Origin: Lama glama | Taxonomy: Eukaryota | DNA: 64,000 nucleotides | Direction: 5' to 3' | Assembly (NCBI GenBank): GCA_028534125.1 | Contig: CM052817.1 | Span: 101,930,001 to 101,994,000 of the forward strand | Part shown: piece after piece, positions 61,330-64,000 of the stretch | Layout of the letters: each line of letters begins with the position of its first letter | Numbering within the stretch: the first letter of the stretch is position 1 | Translations under genes and position numbers: made by a program | Notes under the pieces: model-generated | The model's database searches: none | Told to the model about the DNA's origin: nothing | What the model saw: only the letters and a program-made list of their open reading frames with translations

Positions 61330-63660
61330 AATCAAATAAACCAGAAATACCTGGAATCACACCATTATGAGATAAGCCAATTAAAAATTTTTTGTTGTAG
61401 ATTCTCTGAGTATTTTCCCCAGGAAGGTGACTATCAAAATAATGGTAACATTTATCAAATAAAATTGTATAGCCTGTTTTTTCACTAAGTGAGATACCAA
61501 AACATTTTTCTCATGTAGACAAATATTTCCCCACAACATGATTTTTTTATTGGCTGCAAGACATTTTATGAGATGAATGGCCTATAATGTACTGATTTCC
61601 ATATTGTTAAACATTTACATTATTTGAAAATTTTTACTATTATAAATAATGCTGGGACAGATATCCTTGCATAAAATCTGATGATTACTTTGGCATCAAT
61701 TCCTAAAAGTATGACTGCGGGGTCAAAGGACAGCTATCATTTTCAAGGACTGAGAACATTGATGTAATCATGATTCAGGGTGATCACCTCTGTCTGCCAG
61801 TCAGGAGATAAATCGTAAGAATTGGGTTAAAGTGATTACATGAAGGTCTCCTTTGCCAAGGTTTGTCTTGTAATTCAGAGTCCAGAAAAGGACAAATGAC
61901 AAGAATGACAAAGTTATGCAACTGGAAAAAAATCTCATTTGTAATTTGATAAGGGATTTTAGGAGAAAGCCGATTCTTACTATGTGAGAAGTATCTGGAA
62001 TTTTTAGCTTCTTTCAGAAAGATCAAATTTAGGACAAATCAGAATGGAAAACCCTTTGATACCGCTTCTTTCTCTACCCATGGAATGGTGAGTTAACCAT
62101 TTTTCTCCTTGTATGACAGCTAGAGGAGAGGGTGTCTTTGATTCAAAGCAGAATGGAGTGGGGACTGGACTCCCCAGAAGAAGTAAGGGCACAAATTGAA
62201 TGAGGTTGGATGAAGAGGGAGAAACTAAACAGGAAGGCGGTGTTTGAGTCAACCTTTCTTCTTCCCATAGACTTTGCTTTCTTCTCTTGGCCAGTTGTAT
62301 TGGACAGTATCCTCAGTACAAGACTGAACAGCAAATGGCCATTAAAGGCATCTTATTCTTGATTTAATGGTACTGGATTTACACTTTTACAACTGAGAAA
62401 TGTTGTCTGGTGCAAGTTTGTGACAGAAATCCTTTTCTAGGTTAAAGATGTTTCCATTTAGGCTCAGCTTACCTAGGATTTCCATCACGAATGGGTAAGT
62501 GTTGAAATTTATCGAATTTTTTGCATCAGATAAAAATTTTCCTTTCATCTATTCATATTAGGTAAAAAATTAGTAGGTTTTCTGATATTTACCCCTTTTT
62601 ACACCTTTGAAATAAACTCTCTTTGGTCATGATGAAAACTCTGCTAAATTCAGCTAATTTTTGCCTCTCTATTCGTAAATAAACTTGGACTATAATTGTG
62701 TTGTTCCTTTTCATTTTGGGCCAACTAGACTTCTAGAAGGATTGAACAGCTTTTTAAACTTTCTATTCTCTGAAACAATCTTTATAAAGTACAGAATATC
62801 TATTCCTGTAGATTTGATAGAATTTACTTCTAAAACAATTTCCTTCCACTTTCCCACCACCTCTATCACTCCCACTAATGGAAGAATTAACAACTTAGTC
62901 AATTTCTTTAATGGTTACTGATTTTTAAAGGTTTTATGTTTCTTCTTGAGACTATTTTAATAATCGATATTTTATAGGATATCATCCGTTTTAAAAAATG
63001 AACTAGAATGTGTGTTACATTTATATTTCCTTATGAGTTTTAAAACTTTCTACTGTTTCCATAATTATGTTCCCCTTTTTTCCTAATTTTGTTTATTTGT
63101 GCATATTCACGTTTTTCTTATTGGTCTTGCTGGTGACTTGTGGATTTTATGAGATTTTCCCAAAGAACAGTTTTAATGTTCTTAATTCTATTTCTTTTTT
63201 TCTTGTTTATCAATATTCACCCTCATGTTTATTTTTTCTTTCTTCTACAATCTATAGGTTTATTTTTATTTTTTTCTAGGTGCTTAGGTTTCATGCATTT
63301 ACTTTCAATTTTTCTTATTTAAGTATTTAATACAAGTAGTACTTTAGCTGCTTCCTATGAAATTTTCTGTGAACTAATTTCATTAACATCTTGTTCTAAA
63401 TAATGTACATTGTGATTCCTCCTTATATCATGAATAACTTCAGATTTGGATTTTAAATTTTCTAACATATGAAGTTTTTAATCACATTTGTAATTTACTT
63501 CATTTATGGTGAGAGGATAGGCTGTATGATTCTGTATCTTGGAAATTTGTTATCTTTTGTGACCTACACTGTGGGTGATTCTACAAATGCATGTGAACGC
63601 AAGCTTGCTCATCTTCTTGTTCAGACTGTAAGTCCTTGCTAATTTTCCCTCTGGTCAGTG
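61330..63660 (-). mobile_element. Patchy, very old L1 (L1ME-like) fragments at about 61330-61760 and 62330-63660
   Basis: T-rich antisense L1-like composition, ACATTTACATTATTT..TTACTATTATAAATAATGCTG..ATATCCTTG and TTAAAGATGTTTCC..TCACGAATGGGT..GTTGAAATTTATC. Confidence 0.55.
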
Positions 63661-64000
63661 TCAAGAAGGAAAGAATATTCAGCTGAGATGTGGAGGATGC
63701 ATTCTTCACGCAAAGGGAATCATCAGGTAGACGCATCAGTGTGTGTGAATCCCCCTGGGCGGGAAGAAGTGGACATGTTTGAAAACCTGAAAGAAGCCCA
63801 GTGTGTCTGCAGGATAGAGCATGAAGACAAGGGGCTTGGAGGAGGTCTCCAGGCCTGGAGACCCTGCTCTCATTTGTTTGTTTGTTAGCTGTGTGTGTGT
63901 ATGTGTGTGCTTGGGATAATGGAAAGCCATTGAAGATTTTTGACCAGGTGAATGTCATACTTATATTTGTGATCTGGCTATGGTGGGTGAAATAAAAAGG
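63660..64000 (-). mobile_element. L2 fragment
   Basis: CAGCTGAGATGTGGAGGATG..TGTTTGAAAACCTGAAAGAAGCCCAGTGTG..AATGGAAAGCCATTGAAGATTTTTGACCAGG. Confidence 0.7.

Noticed and set aside
1..64000. Assignment to a specific gene locus (e.g. upstream exons of ETS1), known miRNAs, CRISPR arrays or prokaryote-type systems
   Set aside because: I found no matching coding exons or mature miRNA sequences by eye, and no repeat-spacer arrays. The DNA is clearly mammalian, and locus identity needs a BLAT or BLAST search.

Overview
This is mammalian non-coding DNA, most likely camelid (alpaca, llama or camel). The evidence is three tRNA-Ala(AGC)-derived SINEs of the Vic-1 type plus artiodactyl-style L1 3' ends. 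I cannot support any protein-coding gene. The ORF track consists of short chance ORFs, low-complexity translations and L1 ORF2 remnants. The window is a mosaic of interspersed repeats (L1, L2, MIR, MaLR/ERVL/ERV1 LTRs, hAT MITEs), microsatellites and several repeat-poor, CpG- or motif-rich blocks (about 1-2.1k, 5.2-6.4k, 12.6-14.2k, 17.8-22.6k, 30.2-33.5k, 53.6-55.2k). These blocks look like the regulatory landscape flanking a gene that lies outside the window. The best leads are a probable spliced + strand non-coding transcript near 5.2-5.9k, an unusual TSD-flanked insertion of only the L1 5' end, two related ERV1-type solo LTRs 4.7 kb apart, a CTCF core with its upstream motif, and a tandem X-box-like array. 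I found no evidence of a novel protein-coding system. Repeat families were recognised by eye from memory of consensus sequences, and boundaries are approximate unless TSDs or termini are quoted.
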